Shown here: piece by piece, positions 62,871 to 64,000 of the stretch | Numbering within the stretch: position 1 is the first letter of the stretch | Layout of the letters: each line of letters opens with the position of its first letter | Source: an uncultured Actinomycetota bacterium | GTDB lineage: Bacteria > Actinomycetota > Actinomycetes > JAFAQI01 > DASSKL01 | DNA length: 64,000 nucleotides | Reading direction: 5' to 3' | NCBI GenBank assembly: GCA_963728075.1 | Contig: CAVSIP010000001.1 | Span: 147,799-211,798 of the forward strand | Program-made: the position numbers and the translations under genes | The notes under the pieces: model-generated | The model's input: the letters and a program-made list of their open reading frames with translations, nothing else | Told to the model about the DNA's origin: nothing | Database searches by the model: none

Positions 62871-64000
62871 CTACGGCAGGGCGAGCATCCGGTCGAGGGC
62901 GGCCTTGGCCTGCCGTGCCGCTTCCGGGTCGACGTCGATGCGGTTGACGACCTGCCCGTCGACGAGCGACTCCAGGGCCCACACCAGGTGCGGCAGGTCG
63001 ATGCGGTTCATCGTCGCGCAGAAGCACACCGTCTTGTCCAGGAAGACGATGGTCTTGTCCGGGTGGCGCTTGGCCAGCCGCTGGACGAGGTTGAGCTCGG
63101 TACCGATGGCCCACGCGGAGCCGGCGGGCGCCTCGGCCACGGTCGTGATGATGTACTCCGTCGACCCCACGTAGTCCGCGGCGGTGACGACCTCGTGCCG
63201 GCACTCCGGGTGGACGAGGACGTTCACCCCGGGGACGCGGGCTCGTACGTCGTCGACACCCTCCCGGCTGAAGCGGCCGTGGACGGAGCAGTGCCCGCGC
63301 CAGAGGATCATCCGGGCGTCACGCAGCTGCTGGTCGGTGAGCCCGCCGTGCGGCTTGTGCGGGTCGTAGACCACGCAGTCGTCGAGTGACATGCCCATCT
63401 GCAGCACCGCGGTGTTGCGGCCGAGGTGCTGGTCCGGGAGGAAGAGCACCTTCTCGCCCTGGGTGAAGGCCCAGTCGAGTGCGCGCTTGGCGTTGGACGA
63501 GGTGCAGATCGTGCCGCCGTGGCGGCCGGTGAAGGCCTTGATCGCGGCGGAGGAGTTCATGTAGCTCACCGGGACGGTCACGTCGGCGACGCCGGCCTCG
63601 GCCAGCACCTCCCAGGCCTCCTCGACCTGGTCGAAGCTCGCCATGTCCGCCATCGAGCAACCCGCGGCGAGATCCGGGAGGACCACCTGCTGGTGGGCCC
63701 CGGTGAGGATGTCGGCGGACTCGGCCATGAAGTGGACGCCGCAGAACACGACGTACTCCGCCTCCGGGCGGGCGGCCGCCTGCTGGGCGAGCTTGAACGA
63801 GTCACCGGTCACGTCGGCGAACTGGATGACCTCGTCCCGCTGGTAGTGGTGCCCGAGGACGAACACCCGCTCGCCCAGGGCGGCCTTCGCGGCTCGCGCG
63901 CGCTCGACGAGCGTGGGGTCCGAGGTGGGCGGCAGTTCGCCGGGGCAGGTGACACCGGCCTCGGGGGAGTCGTCCCGGCCGTGCCCGAGCAGGAGCAGCA
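62871..64000 (-). CDS. nadA: quinolinate synthase, 5' end beyond the window
   Basis: The sequence reads VFVLGHHYQRDEVIQFADVTGDSFKLA...FCGVHFMAESADIL...HCSVH...VHPEC. The frame stays open upstream of 63866 (…TCPGELPPTSDPTLVERARAAKAALGER…) to the window edge. Confidence 0.9.
   Translation of the reverse strand, partial: LLLLGHGRDDSPEAGVTCPGELPPTSDPTLVERARAAKAALGERVFVLGHHYQRDEVIQFADVTGDSFKLAQQAAARPEAEYVVFCGVHFMAESADILTGAHQQVVLPDLAAGCSMADMASFDQVEEAWEVLAEAGVADVTVPVSYMNSSAAIKAFTGRHGGTICTSSNAKRALDWAFTQGEKVLFLPDQHLGRNTAVLQMGMSLDDCVVYDPHKPHGGLTDQQLRDARMILWRGHCSVHGRFSREGVDDVRARVPGVNVLVHPECRHEVVTAADYVGSTEYIITTVAEAPAGSAWAIGTELNLVQRLAKRHPDKTIVFLDKTVCFCATMNRIDLPHLVWALESLVDGQVVNRIDVDPEAARQAKAALDRMLALP

Overview
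This is a very GC-rich stretch of an Actinomycetota-type chromosome, densely coding on both strands. I found no rRNA, tRNA, CRISPR array or intact mobile element. The backbone is conserved housekeeping. It runs glnA2-type GS, glnE, glnA, lipA, lipB, E2 (sucB/dlaT), lpdA, pepA, gcvT, in the order known from the mycobacterial Rv2211c-Rv2222c region. Also present are nadE, a partial nadA, prpE, mscL, F420-linked enzymes (an LLM oxidoreductase and NpdG), several MFS and TetR/LysR units, and a PspA-PspAA-HtpX-PspAB envelope-stress operon. Accessory material sits on and between these genes.

1. A tightly packed minus-strand cluster (2790-11043) joins a methyltransferase, a membrane protein and a zinc-ribbon/DUF4389 protein to a split GAF, RsbW-like kinase and PP2C signalling module. 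No sigma factor or STAS partner lies in the cluster.
2. A GAFx3-PP2C-HATPase giant is divergent from glnA across a GlnR-box-like element.
3. An orphan form-II CoxL-like molybdoenzyme overlaps a STAS gene.
4. A degenerate DUF222/HNH gene and a P-loop gene are wedged between lipA and lipB.
5. A pseudokinase pair lies between lipB and the E2 block.
6. There are two probable pseudogenes: a C5-run frameshift in a BtuF-like gene and a decayed MFS.
7. There is an untracked 45-codon zinc-ribbon ORF, a tandem-repeat secreted protein, and a 25-bp-stem inverted repeat.

Many long ORFs in the track are GC-driven shadow frames, and I rejected them. All family assignments rest on motif recognition by eye. 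No database search was run.
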